Source: Sphingobacteriales bacterium (GTDB lineage Bacteria > Bacteroidota > Bacteroidia > Chitinophagales > JADIYW01). From it: 64,000 nucleotides of DNA. Numbering within the stretch: the stretch's first letter is position 1; every line of letters starts with the position of its first letter. The translations under genes were made by a program, and so were the position numbers. Below the pieces are notes generated by a model. It was not told the origin of the DNA. It did not search any database and saw only the letters and a list, made by a program, of their open reading frames with translations. Shown here piece by piece: positions 18,801 to 28,012 of this stretch. Location: contig CANHGL010000007.1 in the NCBI GenBank assembly GCA_947460245.1, forward strand, positions 7,739-71,738, written 5' to 3'.

Positions 18801-19008
18801 AGTGCTTACAATCAAAAGATTTGAAGGTATTACGGATGCCCGAGAGTATTATGTAAAAATCAGAAATGTGTCTTCCAGTTTAGCGGGGGAGAATAATAGT
18901 AAGAATATTGCTTATTATATTCTGGCTCCATCCAACTTTAGAAAGATAAAGAAGCTTGATGATTTTGGTGCTTACACTAAATTTTTTGAACAAAATTATC
19001 CTAAATAA
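15829..19008 (+). CDS. Secreted 1059-aa TPR-repeat protein with a K/E-rich coiled-coil segment
   Basis: The signal peptide MRLSTAKKLLLLTLSLVFFLVDSSA has no lipobox Cys. Residues ~160-262 are a lysine/glutamate-rich heptad-like stretch. There are several TPR-like helical-pair blocks, for example YGKALRKL...YYHIRREDYSPAIEEIENAL...AQLYSKNNQPADAVDYFVKA. The stop TAA is directly followed by the PBP1a ATG. It may belong to the SprE/PorW-type TPR family, but I cannot verify that. Confidence 0.7.
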   Translation: MRLSTAKKLLLLTLSLVFFLVDSSAENKKKKASEYQKPNIIKMAWGDLTTRNNYYFNASELFKEIVHNYEFQRQLDYNELLPFYFHDGADFSGNTTELETIARKTGIVLQLHDYSRWRDNAFLLLGKSQFLRKQYDTSLITFQYIVTTMKPGKMNMKVEFSNKDRLKYIRKRQKELAKKAGEKKKFIEIKFKKDQEEAQQKAETAREKQLAAIKQKQKQLEEIIKAKKKIIALQKKGKKIPPELLAKAKAKTTKVDSATIQQVQPIKKTQKPNYATNLPYILLGDQYVKNPYYKDSTGDRANQRPLDSLSKKAEEKFDKLSFWEKIKHKPSRPEAIVWMAKSLIELENYADAKSMISYGKALRKLTKKQRREFYLIDAYYHIRREDYSPAIEEIENALLYFKKKKDKAYYEYILAQLYSKNNQPADAVDYFVKAGKHTKTEEMTLFSQMQLANLYSKNPDLADQDVVNMLSKLIRFGKNREHADEVFYTMANYFYFQKDTTNAVVFLQKSVNKSIANPNQKGKSFLRLGEIAYDREDYVVAAGFYDSAIAYLPVGYENYDQIQSRKKTLSELAIYVQVIKEQDSLQRLGKLSPKELDKFLSDVKSKQEKEERKKSRFTSEGGANTIQQTGLVSANVISNGLWYFYNLETKSKGFNEFVSIWGDRKLEANWRRSNKSGFTDDFNAPAINTIDTSSIPASKGIKRLVPLKTATDSLSIPKTPEAFMASDKKIANALFGIGEIFKNKLGNLSKAKQAFDDLIRRYPNSEFDVKAHYYEYLIYLDLNLVGLAQKEKQYILENYPISEVAEVLNKNGVKDPSTASSTRAQILYDSTYQLFLSGNCDQVIINKKFAKMKYPAAAELANFEFLEAVCYGKNKQFDLYKKALSEIITKYPSGAIRQKALDYLSAYLDFQGKPSDTLAQKVSIPKDTVTIIRDSLADEFIVDTTNLWVLVQLKDKYIRVSDVVEQVKVFNQKNFSDLKLKINPVFFEGYAVLTIKRFEGITDAREYYVKIRNVSSSLAGENNSKNIAYYILAPSNFRKIKKLDDFGAYTKFFEQNYPK

Positions 19009-21252
19009 ATGCGTAGAATGAAAGCGTGGTTATTGCAACCCAAGAACTTATGGAAGCTATTTGGCTTTGCTGTCTTGTCGGTTGTTATATTCTTTATGTT
19101 GGTGCGGGTGGGCTTATTCGGTCGTCTCCCAAGTTTTGATGAGCTCGAGAATCCAACGGCAAATCTTTCTTCTGAGATCTATTCGTCGGATTCTGTTTTG
19201 ATTGGTAAATATTATGTAGATAACCGAAGTAATGTATCGTACGAGGAATTGTCTCCATATTTGGTAAAGGCATTGGTAGCTAATGAAGATGAACGTTTTT
19301 ACGATCACTCCGGCATTGATCTTAAGCGTACTATAGCGGCTATATTCATGGCAGGTAGAACTGGTGGAGGGAGTACGGTAACGCAGCAACTAGCCAAAAA
19401 TATGTTTCATCATCAGGCGAGTAATATTATTCAACGTGTTTTTCAAAAGGCTAAAGAGTATATTATAGCTGTAATGTTGGAGAGGAGGTATACCAAAGAG
19501 GAAATTATTGCAATGTATTTCAATACTTTTGATTTTGTAAATAACGCAGTAGGAATTGAAAGTGCATCAAGGGTGTACTTTAATAAAAAACCCAACGAGT
19601 TGAGTGTTGAAGAGGCTGCTATGTTTGTAGGAATGTTACAAAATCCTTCTTATTATAATCCCAGAAGATTTGAGAAAAGGACCAGAGAGCGCAGGGCTAC
19701 TGTTTTAAGAAAATTGATGGAAACCGATGCTATTTCAGAAGCTCAGTTCCAATCTCTGAAAGAAAAACCCATACAACTTGATTTCCATCCAGAATCTGCT
19801 AATGATGGTTTGGCACCCTATTTTAGAATGATAGTTGCTGAAGAGTTAAAAAAATGGGCCAAAGAAAACAAAAAACCAGATGGAGAGCCCTATAATATTT
19901 ACACAGACGGACTCAAGATCTATACTACTTTGGATTCCCGTATGCAGAAATATGCAGAAGAGGCAGCATTGCAACACCTTACCTATTACCAGTCGTTGTT
20001 TAACGCACAATTCAAGGCTGGTTGGAATCCTTGGGAAACCGACAAGGGTAAGGCAATAATATTAAGTGCAATAAAGTATACAGATCGTTGGCACTCCCTT
20101 AAAGATCAAGGCTTAAGCAAGGAGGATATTTTAGAGAATTTCAAAACGAAGAAAGAGAAGATGCGTGTCTTTACCTATCGTGGTTTAAAAGATACTACTA
20201 TGACGGCTTGGGATTCAGTTAAGTACTATAGATCATTTTTGCAGATTGGTATGATGGCAGTGGAGCCATATACGGGCTATGTTCGTGCATGGGTTGGTGG
20301 TCCTAAATTTGAATATTTTAAGTACGATCACTGTAATGTAAATACAAAACGACAAGTAGGATCTACTTTTAAACCGGTGCAATATGCCCTCGCAGTAGAT
20401 AATGGATGGTCGCCATGTATGAGTATTCCAACCGGTCCAATTACGGTTACTTATCAAGGCACAGTCTGGGAACCTAAAAATTCCGGTAGATACAGTGGAA
20501 ATTATCCTATGAAGTTTTGTCTTGCACGTTCTATCAACAGAGCGGCTGCTTATATGATGAAGAATTTTGGACCGGAAGCTCTGGTAGACTTATCCCACAA
20601 AATGGGAATAACTACAAATATTCCTACTGTCCCTTCTATTTGTTTGGGAGCAGGTGAAATTTCATTATATGAAATGATGACTGTTTATAGTACCTTTTGC
20701 AATGCAGGGATTAGCACTAAACCTCAATATCTATTAAGGATTGAAGATAAAGACGGAAATATTATCCAAAATTTTACTACGGAAATGAAAGAAGTATTTA
20801 GTGATAATACGGCTTATAAAATGTGTGAATTACTGAAAGGGCCTGTGTCATCTGGAGGTACTGCAGCTAGATTACGTTCCTATTTTACCTTCCCAACAGA
20901 TGTAGGTGGTAAAACGGGTACAACGAATAAGAATACAGATGCATGGTTTATCGGATTTACACCTCAATTACTCGCAGGTGTTTGGGTTGGATGTGATGAC
21001 CCATTACTTCGTTTTCTTTCTACTGATATTGGTCAAGGAGGGCATGCAGCAATGCCAGCCTGGGGGATGTTTATGCAGAAGGTATACAATGATCCCAAGT
21101 TAGCGCTTAATAAGGATGCCAAATTCTTTAGCCCATCTGATTCATCATTGCTTAAAAATGTTTGTAATGAGGGGGAAGAGATACTTATCAGTGGTGATGA
21201 TACCGGACAAGCTGATGAAGAGGTTCCTGATTCCGAATATGGTAAGAAATAG
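19009..21252 (+). CDS. mrcA: Penicillin-binding protein 1A (bifunctional glycosyltransferase/transpeptidase)
   Basis: GT51 motifs are EDERFYDHSGID and GGSTVTQQLAKN. Transpeptidase motifs are STFKP (SxxK) and KTGTT (KTG). An N-terminal TM anchor is present. Confidence 0.92.
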   Translation: MRRMKAWLLQPKNLWKLFGFAVLSVVIFFMLVRVGLFGRLPSFDELENPTANLSSEIYSSDSVLIGKYYVDNRSNVSYEELSPYLVKALVANEDERFYDHSGIDLKRTIAAIFMAGRTGGGSTVTQQLAKNMFHHQASNIIQRVFQKAKEYIIAVMLERRYTKEEIIAMYFNTFDFVNNAVGIESASRVYFNKKPNELSVEEAAMFVGMLQNPSYYNPRRFEKRTRERRATVLRKLMETDAISEAQFQSLKEKPIQLDFHPESANDGLAPYFRMIVAEELKKWAKENKKPDGEPYNIYTDGLKIYTTLDSRMQKYAEEAALQHLTYYQSLFNAQFKAGWNPWETDKGKAIILSAIKYTDRWHSLKDQGLSKEDILENFKTKKEKMRVFTYRGLKDTTMTAWDSVKYYRSFLQIGMMAVEPYTGYVRAWVGGPKFEYFKYDHCNVNTKRQVGSTFKPVQYALAVDNGWSPCMSIPTGPITVTYQGTVWEPKNSGRYSGNYPMKFCLARSINRAAAYMMKNFGPEALVDLSHKMGITTNIPTVPSICLGAGEISLYEMMTVYSTFCNAGISTKPQYLLRIEDKDGNIIQNFTTEMKEVFSDNTAYKMCELLKGPVSSGGTAARLRSYFTFPTDVGGKTGTTNKNTDAWFIGFTPQLLAGVWVGCDDPLLRFLSTDIGQGGHAAMPAWGMFMQKVYNDPKLALNKDAKFFSPSDSSLLKNVCNEGEEILISGDDTGQADEEVPDSEYGKK

Positions 21253-21394
21253 TCTGGGATCATCCATTTCAATTCTATAGATTTAATTAATCGCTCATTT
21301 TTTACATGATTTAATAAGCATGTCACAAAATCTATCTATTAGCTGTATCTATAGTAGAGATTAACCCCCATCTTTACATTAGCAACTGAGGATA

Positions 21395-21473
21395 GAAACA
21401 TAGAAACCCAAAGAAACAGAAACCTTAGTAACCTAATCCGAAAGAAACAAAAAAACCTAGGAAACATTGAAAC
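21395..21473 (+). repeat. Phased array of GAAAC-type pentamers (7 exact, 2 variant copies)
   Basis: GAAAC occurs at 21395, 21403, 21413, 21419, 21444, 21461 and 21469. Variants are GTAAC at 21428 and AAAAC at 21452. Spacing is mostly 8-10 nt. AACCCCC is present at both 21363 and 21471. Confidence 0.85.
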
Positions 21474-21481
21474 CCCCTAAA

Positions 21482-21508
21482 AGAGCAACATCACGTTGCT
21501 CTTTTTTA
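21482..21508. terminator. Intrinsic terminator: strong on the + strand, and also placed to terminate the minus-strand SPOR gene
   Basis: The hairpin is AGAGCAAC (21482-21489), loop atcac, GTTGCTCT (21495-21502), followed by T6 on the + strand. On the minus strand the hairpin is followed by TTTT and lies 20 nt past the SPOR gene stop. Confidence 0.75.
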
Positions 21509-21522
21509 TTATTAGAAGTTTA

Positions 21523-21966
21523 TTAATAGTTTTTCTGTTTTGGCTTTTTGTCGTCACCAGGAGAGGAGGCCTTCTCTTCAATGACAAAACTTGCAGGAAA
21601 GTAAGGCTTAACCTGCTGCATAAATTTATAAGCCTCTTGTTGGGTCTCAAATTCTCCAGCCCTCAATTTGAAATTTGGAGGCACATAAGTAACAAAAGTA
21701 GCTATGCCTGGAAATCGTGCAGAAAATTGTGCTTTGGCTTCGAATATCCTTTCTCTGGAAGGAGCCTGAAATACCTGTACCCTTATCAGTCCTTTCTTCT
21801 TGCCATCTGCTTTTCTTAGATATATCTTTTGAAGTATGTCAACCCTGGGGTCTTTAAAGAAGATAATATTATTACTTACTTGAACAGTGTCGCTACTGTT
21901 TGCACTTACTGCTATAATGGAAGTAACTAAAATCCAGGATGTAATTATTTTTTTTAGTTTACCCAT
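21523..21966 (-). CDS. SPOR domain-containing protein
   Basis: The C-terminal region reads RVQVFQAPSRERIFEAKAQFSARFPGIATFVTYVPPNFKLRAGEFETQQEAYKFMQQV, which matches the SPOR (RNP-like, PG-binding) pattern. The plausible start is MGKLKKIITSWILV (21966). The longer track ORF would overlap the secA 3' end. Confidence 0.7.
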   Translation of the reverse strand: MGKLKKIITSWILVTSIIAVSANSSDTVQVSNNIIFFKDPRVDILQKIYLRKADGKKKGLIRVQVFQAPSRERIFEAKAQFSARFPGIATFVTYVPPNFKLRAGEFETQQEAYKFMQQVKPYFPASFVIEEKASSPGDDKKPKQKNY

Positions 21967-21983
21967 TTTAATGTTTGGATTAT

Positions 21984-24900
21984 CTAGACCGTCTCTTTTC
22001 CGTGACAGTGTTTGTATTTCTTTCCACTTCCGCAAGGACATACATCATTTCTTCCAATCTTCACCTCTGCTCGAACCGGTTGTGGCTTCTCTCCAGGTGT
22101 TGTTCCTGCGCCTGCATATTCATCTTCTATTGTGCCATCACCTCTGGATTCTTTCGTTTTTTCTACCACTCTTCTCGGTTGTCTGTGCTGTTGTATCTGA
22201 GTAGCATCCTGAACGGGCAGGCTGCCCTTCATTAGAAAAGTTGTTACATCTTTATTGATGGCGCTCAGCATCTGCTTAAATAATTCAAAGGCTTCGAACT
22301 TAAAGATTAATAAAGGATCTTTTTGTTCGTGCACTGCCATCTGAACAGAATGCTTTAAGTCATCCATCTGTCGCAAATGATCTTTCCAGTGATGATCTAT
22401 GAAAGATAAAATGATATTCTGTTCAAATACTTTTATCAGTTCTCTCCCCTTGCTATTGTAGGATTTTTCAAGGTTAGCAATGATGTTCACACTTCTGTTG
22501 CCATCTGAAAAAGGGATAACAATATTTTGGAACTGACTTCCACGTTCCTGGTATACATTCTTTACAATAGGATAGGCTTCCTTTATAATGCCTTCAGATT
22601 TACGACTGTATTTCTCATAAACTTCTTTGTAAAGATGTTCAGTCAGCTCTTCTGTTTTCTTAATTTTTAATTCTTCAGCGGTAAGTGAAGTATCTACGGA
22701 TAAGAAGCGGAAGCAGTCCAATTTAAATGCTTCAAAATCCTGAGCTACTTTCCCGTCTGCTGCGATTTCATAACTCAGGTCGTAAAACATATTAATAAGG
22801 TCGAATGTGATACGTTCTCCCACTAGGGCATGCTGTCTTCTTTTGTAGATGACTTCCCTTTGTGCATTCATCACATCATCGTATTCTAAAAGTCGTTTAC
22901 GCGTTCCGAAGTGATTTTCTTCCACTTTTTTCTGAGCGCGCTCTATGGATTTTGTTACCATAGCATGCTGGATAACCTCTCCTTCTTTATAGCCCATCCT
23001 GTCCATCAGTCCAGCAATCCTGTCTGACCCAAATAGGCGCATTAAATCATCTTCTAAAGATGAATAGAACTGGGTGGATCCGGTATCGCCCTGTCTTCCC
23101 GCACGTCCACGCAACTGTCTGTCCACTCTGCGCGAGTCATGGCGTTCAGTTCCTATAATAGCCAATCCGCCTGCATCTTTCACGCCGGGTCCGAGTTTGA
23201 TATCTGTACCTCGACCTGCCATATTCGTAGCAATAGTTACCTGTCCCGCTAGTCCCGCTTGCGCTACAATCTCTGCTTCCCGTTGGTGTTGTTTGGCATT
23301 TAGAACATTGTGAGGGATTTTACGCATATTGAGCATCTTACTCAATAATTCAGATACTTCTACATTAGTAGTTCCCACGAGTACGGGTCTTCCTTCTGCT
23401 CTGTACTGTTCGATTTCTTCAATAATAGCATTGTATTTTTCGCGCTTAGTCTTGTAAATAAGATCTTCCCTGTCTATACGTTTTGTTTTTTTGTTAGTTG
23501 GTACCACGACCGTATCAAGTTTGTAAATTTCCCAGAACTCAGATGCTTCAGTTTCTGCAGTACCCGTCATGCCGCAAAGCTTGTGGTACATGCGGAAGAA
23601 GTTTTGCAAGGTGATGGTAGCAAAAGTCTGAGTCGCAGCCTCTACTGTTACATTCTCTTTAGATTCAATAGCCTGGTGAAGTCCATCGCTATATCGGCGG
23701 CCTTCCATGATACGTCCTGTTTGCTCATCTACAATTTTAACCTTGCCATCCATTACCACATATTCGATATCCTTGTCAAATAGACAGTATGCTTTTAATA
23801 ACTGGTTAACGGTATGTAAACGCTCCGACTTAACATTAAAATCCTGTAAGATTTCGTCTTTCTTTGTTAGTTTCTCCTGGTGCGAAAGGGCTTCTTGTTC
23901 TACTTCTGCAAGCAATGCTCCAACATCCGGCATTAAGAAGAAATCTTTTTCTTCTCCTGAGGAGGTAATTAGCTCTATTCCTTTTTCTGTAAGATCAATT
24001 TGATTGCTTTTTTCATCTATAACAAAAAATAATTCTGCATCACATAAAGGCATTTCCTTTTGTTGATCTTGCAGATAGTAGTTTTCTGTTTTATTTAAAA
24101 TTTGTTTATTCCCTGTCTCGCTTAAAAATTTTATTAATGCAGTATTTTTTGGCAATCCACGATGTGCCCGTAATAATGCCAACCCGCCTTCGCCTTCTTT
24201 GTGTCCTGTCTTGCCTTCCGATATTAATTTCTTTGCATCCAGCAGGAACTGACTAATCGCTTTTTTTTGAGTGGCTACTAAGCGTTCAATTCTTGGTTTT
24301 AATTCATGGAACATCTGTTCCTCTCCTTTAGGAACTGGACCGGAAATTATTAATGGGGTTCTTGCATCGTCAATCAAGACAGAGTCCACCTCATCTACCA
24401 TGGCAAAGTGGAGTTTGCGCTGCACCTGCTCCTCCGGGGATCTTACCATATTATCGCGCAAATGGTCGAACCCAAATTCATTATTGGTACCATAGGTGAT
24501 ATCGGCTAAGTAGGCATTCTTTCTGTCGTCTGTATGTGGTTCATGCCTATCTATGCAATCGACACGTAGCCCAAGAAAATTAAACAACATTCCGTTCCAT
24601 TCAGAGTCACGTCTAGCCAGATAGTCGTTTACAGTAACGATATGAACTCCACAACCCGCCAATGCGTTCAGATATGCCGGTAAAGTAGACACCAATGTTT
24701 TACCTTCACCTGTTGCCATTTCTGATATCTTTCCTCGGTGTAACACAATACCACCGATGAGCTGAACATCATAATGCACCATGTTCCAGGTGATTTCGCC
24801 ACCTGCAGCTGTCCATTTGTTGGGATAGATAGCTTCATCGCCACTAATTTTTATGTTAGAATTTTTTACAGCTAGTTCTTTATCTAACGTAGTAGCTTTT

Positions 24901-25298
24901 ACAGCAATAAATTCATTCTCGGAAAATCTACGTGCTGCTTCTTTTACCACAGCAAAGGCTTCAGGGAGTATAGTCTCTAAAATTTCTTCAATGGCTTCGT
25001 CGCGTTCCTTTCTTAATTTATCTACCTGGCTAAAAATACCTTCTTTTTCTTCAAGCTCTAACTCTTCAGTTTCAGCCTTAAGTGTGAGTTCAATAATTTG
25101 TTGATCTATTTCAGATAAATACTCTTGTATTCTGTATTTGAAATCCTGTGTCTTTTGTCTTAGCTCATCATGCGACAAATTTTGGTAGGTCAGAAAATGT
25201 TCATTTATCTGTTCTACAATTGGAGCTACCGACTTTACGTCACGATTTGATTTACTTCCGAATAATTGTGAAAGACCTTTCTGTATGAAATTTAACAT
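21984..25298 (-). CDS. secA: Preprotein translocase ATPase SecA
   Basis: It has the MATGEGKT Walker A and [19 protein letters not shown] (DEAD-like) motifs, plus [10 protein letters not shown]. The C-terminal zinc-binding tail reads [14 protein letters not shown]. Length is 1104 aa. Confidence 0.97.
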   Translation of the reverse strand: MLNFIQKGLSQLFGSKSNRDVKSVAPIVEQINEHFLTYQNLSHDELRQKTQDFKYRIQEYLSEIDQQIIELTLKAETEELELEEKEGIFSQVDKLRKERDEAIEEILETILPEAFAVVKEAARRFSENEFIAVKATTLDKELAVKNSNIKISGDEAIYPNKWTAAGGEITWNMVHYDVQLIGGIVLHRGKISEMATGEGKTLVSTLPAYLNALAGCGVHIVTVNDYLARRDSEWNGMLFNFLGLRVDCIDRHEPHTDDRKNAYLADITYGTNNEFGFDHLRDNMVRSPEEQVQRKLHFAMVDEVDSVLIDDARTPLIISGPVPKGEEQMFHELKPRIERLVATQKKAISQFLLDAKKLISEGKTGHKEGEGGLALLRAHRGLPKNTALIKFLSETGNKQILNKTENYYLQDQQKEMPLCDAELFFVIDEKSNQIDLTEKGIELITSSGEEKDFFLMPDVGALLAEVEQEALSHQEKLTKKDEILQDFNVKSERLHTVNQLLKAYCLFDKDIEYVVMDGKVKIVDEQTGRIMEGRRYSDGLHQAIESKENVTVEAATQTFATITLQNFFRMYHKLCGMTGTAETEASEFWEIYKLDTVVVPTNKKTKRIDREDLIYKTKREKYNAIIEEIEQYRAEGRPVLVGTTNVEVSELLSKMLNMRKIPHNVLNAKQHQREAEIVAQAGLAGQVTIATNMAGRGTDIKLGPGVKDAGGLAIIGTERHDSRRVDRQLRGRAGRQGDTGSTQFYSSLEDDLMRLFGSDRIAGLMDRMGYKEGEVIQHAMVTKSIERAQKKVEENHFGTRKRLLEYDDVMNAQREVIYKRRQHALVGERITFDLINMFYDLSYEIAADGKVAQDFEAFKLDCFRFLSVDTSLTAEELKIKKTEELTEHLYKEVYEKYSRKSEGIIKEAYPIVKNVYQERGSQFQNIVIPFSDGNRSVNIIANLEKSYNSKGRELIKVFEQNIILSFIDHHWKDHLRQMDDLKHSVQMAVHEQKDPLLIFKFEAFELFKQMLSAINKDVTTFLMKGSLPVQDATQIQQHRQPRRVVEKTKESRGDGTIEDEYAGAGTTPGEKPQPVRAEVKIGRNDVCPCGSGKKYKHCHGKETV

Positions 25299-25447
25299 GA
25301 TAACGTATTATGAAATAGGTGTTAAAGTTAACACTTTACCCTCATTTAGAAGGATAATTAAAGTGAAATCAGAATAGCTGTGCAAAAAAAGTTCCAAAGT
25401 CAAAATGGCATTACCATAAAACAGCTTATTTTGCATAAAAATATAGA

Positions 25448-26722
25448 ATGAATATACTTTTGTTAGGTTCTGGAGGGAGAGAGCACGCATTTGCATGGAA
25501 GATTGCTCAAAGTAGATTGTGTACTCAATTATTTACTATACCTGGTAATCCTGGTACCGCTCAGTTTGGGCGTAATTATGCAATTCCCGTTACCGACTTT
25601 CAAGCCATAAAGACATTTGTATTAAACAATTCTATAGAGATGGTTATCGTAGGCCCTGAGGTGCCTTTGGTGGAGGGTATATTTGACTTTTTTATTGCTG
25701 ACGAACAGTTAAAAACAATTCCAGTAGTAGGTCCATCGAGAATGGGTGCGCAATTGGAGGGTAGTAAGGCATTTTCTAAAGCATTCATGATGAGAAATGG
25801 CATACCTACAGCTGCCTATCGGGAGTTTACAGCCTCCAATATGGCTGAAGGTATCGAGTATATAGAGTCACAGCAAATTCCGATTGTTTTAAAAGCTGAT
25901 GGACTTGCAGCAGGTAAAGGGGTTTTGATATGTGCTTCTAAGGAAGAAGCTAAATCTTCATTCAAGGAAATGCTTGAGGGTATGTTTGGAGATGCAAGCG
26001 CAAAAGTGGTGGTTGAAGAATTTATGGATGGTATAGAGTTTTCAGTATTTGTATTGACAGATGGTAAAAGCTATAAGATTTTACCATCTGCAAAAGATTA
26101 TAAACGAATTGGAGAGCTAGACACGGGCTTGAATACGGGAGGAATGGGGGCAGTATCGCCACCAGCTTTTGTTACTGATAAGATGATGGAAGATGTAGAA
26201 GCAACTATTATCCAGCCTACTATTACAGGATTTCAAAAAGAGCAGATAGTTTATAAGGGATTTGTGTATATAGGATTAATGTTACTGAAAACCGGAGCAC
26301 TTAAAGTGGTAGAATATAATTGCAGAATGGGTGATCCGGAAACAGAAGCGGTATTCCCAAGATGGAAGAATGATATCATAGAAGTATTCCAGAAAACAAT
26401 GAATGATGAGCTTTCTTCTGTGAATATAGAGATAGAGGATAAAGCTGCTGTAACTGTTATTTTAGCCAGTGGAGGCTATCCGGGAGCTTTTGAAATAGGT
26501 AAAGTGATAAAAGGTATAGAAGAAGTAAATGATGTCATTATTTTTCATGCAGGTACAACTGTTGATGAATCCGGCAATCTTATTACTAGTGGTGGTAGGA
26601 TTTTGGCAATAACTGCTTTAGACGAGGATTGGAGGCGAGCTGTCGAAATAGCTAATGCTGCAGCCGAGGAAATTAATTACGAAGGCAAGTACTACAGAAA
26701 AGATATTGGATTTGATTTATAA
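25448..26722 (+). CDS. purD: Phosphoribosylamine--glycine ligase
   Basis: The N-terminus reads MNILLLGSGGREHAFAWK. An ATP-grasp core is present (KADGLAAGKGV, EEFMDGIEFS, NCRMGDPE). Length is 424 aa. Confidence 0.95.
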   Translation: MNILLLGSGGREHAFAWKIAQSRLCTQLFTIPGNPGTAQFGRNYAIPVTDFQAIKTFVLNNSIEMVIVGPEVPLVEGIFDFFIADEQLKTIPVVGPSRMGAQLEGSKAFSKAFMMRNGIPTAAYREFTASNMAEGIEYIESQQIPIVLKADGLAAGKGVLICASKEEAKSSFKEMLEGMFGDASAKVVVEEFMDGIEFSVFVLTDGKSYKILPSAKDYKRIGELDTGLNTGGMGAVSPPAFVTDKMMEDVEATIIQPTITGFQKEQIVYKGFVYIGLMLLKTGALKVVEYNCRMGDPETEAVFPRWKNDIIEVFQKTMNDELSSVNIEIEDKAAVTVILASGGYPGAFEIGKVIKGIEEVNDVIIFHAGTTVDESGNLITSGGRILAITALDEDWRRAVEIANAAAEEINYEGKYYRKDIGFDL

Positions 26723-26756
26723 AAAAACACCCGCGATAAATGCGGGTGTTTTTTAT
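26721..26756. terminator. Bidirectional intrinsic terminator between purD (+) and queA (-)
   Basis: The structure is A7, ACACCCGC (26727-26734), loop gataaat, GCGGGTGT (26742-26749), then T5. Confidence 0.8.
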
Positions 26757-26772
26757 AAAAAAGAAATATTTT

Positions 26773-27822
26773 TTAATCTATAATCAGCATTGCATCTCCA
26801 TAAGAGAAGAAATTATATTTCTTCTTAATAGCTTGATCGTAGGCTTCCATAGTTAGATCGAAACCTGCAAATGCTGCAACCATAATAATCAAACTAGATT
26901 TTGGAACGTGAAAATTCGTAATCATACAGTTTGCAATATTAAAGTCATATGGTGGATGTATAAAAAGATTTGTCCATCCTTCCATTGGTTTTAATAATCT
27001 TTCAGCAGATACAGCTGTTTCTACGGAACGCATAGCCGTAGTTCCTACAGCACAAATTCGCTTATTTTTGGATAGCGCTTTGTTTACAATCTTAGAACAT
27101 TTTTCATCAACTTTGAAATACTCTGCATCCATTTTGTGTTTGGATAAATCTTCTACATCAATAGAGCGGAATGTTCCTAATCCGATGTGTAAAGTAAGTT
27201 CCGCAAAGTCAACTCCCTTTATTTCCAGACGTTTCATCAATTCTTTACTGAAGTGCAATCCGGCAGTAGGAGCAGCAACTGCACCTTCTTGACTGGCAAA
27301 TACCGTTTGGTATCTTTCTTTGTCAGACTCTTCTGGTTCTCTCTTTATGTATTTTGGTAGAGGGGTATTTCCTAATTTATCCAGTACTGCTCTGAACTCA
27401 GCATCTGTACCATCAAATAAGAAGCGAATGGTTCTGCCTCTGGATGTAGTATTGTCTACTACTTCTGCTACCAAGTCATCATCACCGAAATATAGTTTGT
27501 TGCCAACACGAATTTTACGAGCAGGATCCACAAGTACATCCCATAAACGAAGTTCATGGTTGAGTTCTCTTAAAAGAAAAACTTCAATTTTAGCACCTGT
27601 CTTTTCTTTAGTTCCATACATTCTTGCAGGAAACACCTTGGTATTATTAATGATCATTACATCCCCTTCATCAAAGTAGTCGAGTACATTTTTAAATGTC
27701 TTGTGCTCAATCTTGCCTGATTTGCGGTGTACTACCATGAGTTTGCATTCGTCCCGCTGTTTAGAGGGATATAAAGCAATTTTTTCTTTGGGAAGTTCGA
27801 AGTCGAATTGTGAAAGTTTCAT
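26773..27822 (-). CDS. queA: S-adenosylmethionine:tRNA ribosyltransferase-isomerase
   Basis: The N-terminus reads [19 protein letters not shown]. Also present are [19 protein letters not shown] and a [11 protein letters not shown]-terminus. Length is 349 aa. Confidence 0.95.
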   Translation of the reverse strand: MKLSQFDFELPKEKIALYPSKQRDECKLMVVHRKSGKIEHKTFKNVLDYFDEGDVMIINNTKVFPARMYGTKEKTGAKIEVFLLRELNHELRLWDVLVDPARKIRVGNKLYFGDDDLVAEVVDNTTSRGRTIRFLFDGTDAEFRAVLDKLGNTPLPKYIKREPEESDKERYQTVFASQEGAVAAPTAGLHFSKELMKRLEIKGVDFAELTLHIGLGTFRSIDVEDLSKHKMDAEYFKVDEKCSKIVNKALSKNKRICAVGTTAMRSVETAVSAERLLKPMEGWTNLFIHPPYDFNIANCMITNFHVPKSSLIIMVAAFAGFDLTMEAYDQAIKKKYNFFSYGDAMLIID

Positions 27823-28012
27823 TTTGTTTTAGTTATTATTTTACGGAATAATAGTTTTTTAGGGTTTAAGTCAGGCGCAAAGGTAATGGTAAGAACAGCA
27901 AATTGCAAGACATAGATATGTTTATTAGTTTAAATTAACAGTGTTAAGGCGTGTGCTACTGATTTATAGCAGTCAGCAGATGAATTGATTTAAAATTTAT
28001 GTAGGTTTGTTT

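Noticed and set aside
21395-21473. The GAAAC array contains ATTGAAAC (21466-21473), the classic 3' end of many CRISPR repeats
   Set aside because: The unit spacing is only 6-16 nt. There are no spacers, no longer repeat unit and no cas genes, so this is not a CRISPR array.
21358-21480. Open reading frame running through the GAAAC array (…EDRNIETQRNRNLSNLIRKKQKNLGNIETP*)
   Set aside because: There is no ATG, GTG or TTG anywhere in the frame after the upstream stop at 21355. The open frame is most likely a by-product of the A-rich repeat.
25319-25334. Palindrome GTGTTAA-ag-TTAACAC in the secA/purD divergent region
   Set aside because: Several 7-bp-arm palindromes are expected by chance in 64 kb. 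There is no supporting context such as a second copy or a known box.
27852-27864. On the minus strand, upstream of queA, the sequence reads CCCUAAAAAACUA, resembling the A-rich 3' tail of preQ1-I riboswitches
   Set aside because: I could not find a complementary P1 5' strand (no UAGGG/AGGG upstream). Also, queA is not a typical preQ1-riboswitch target.
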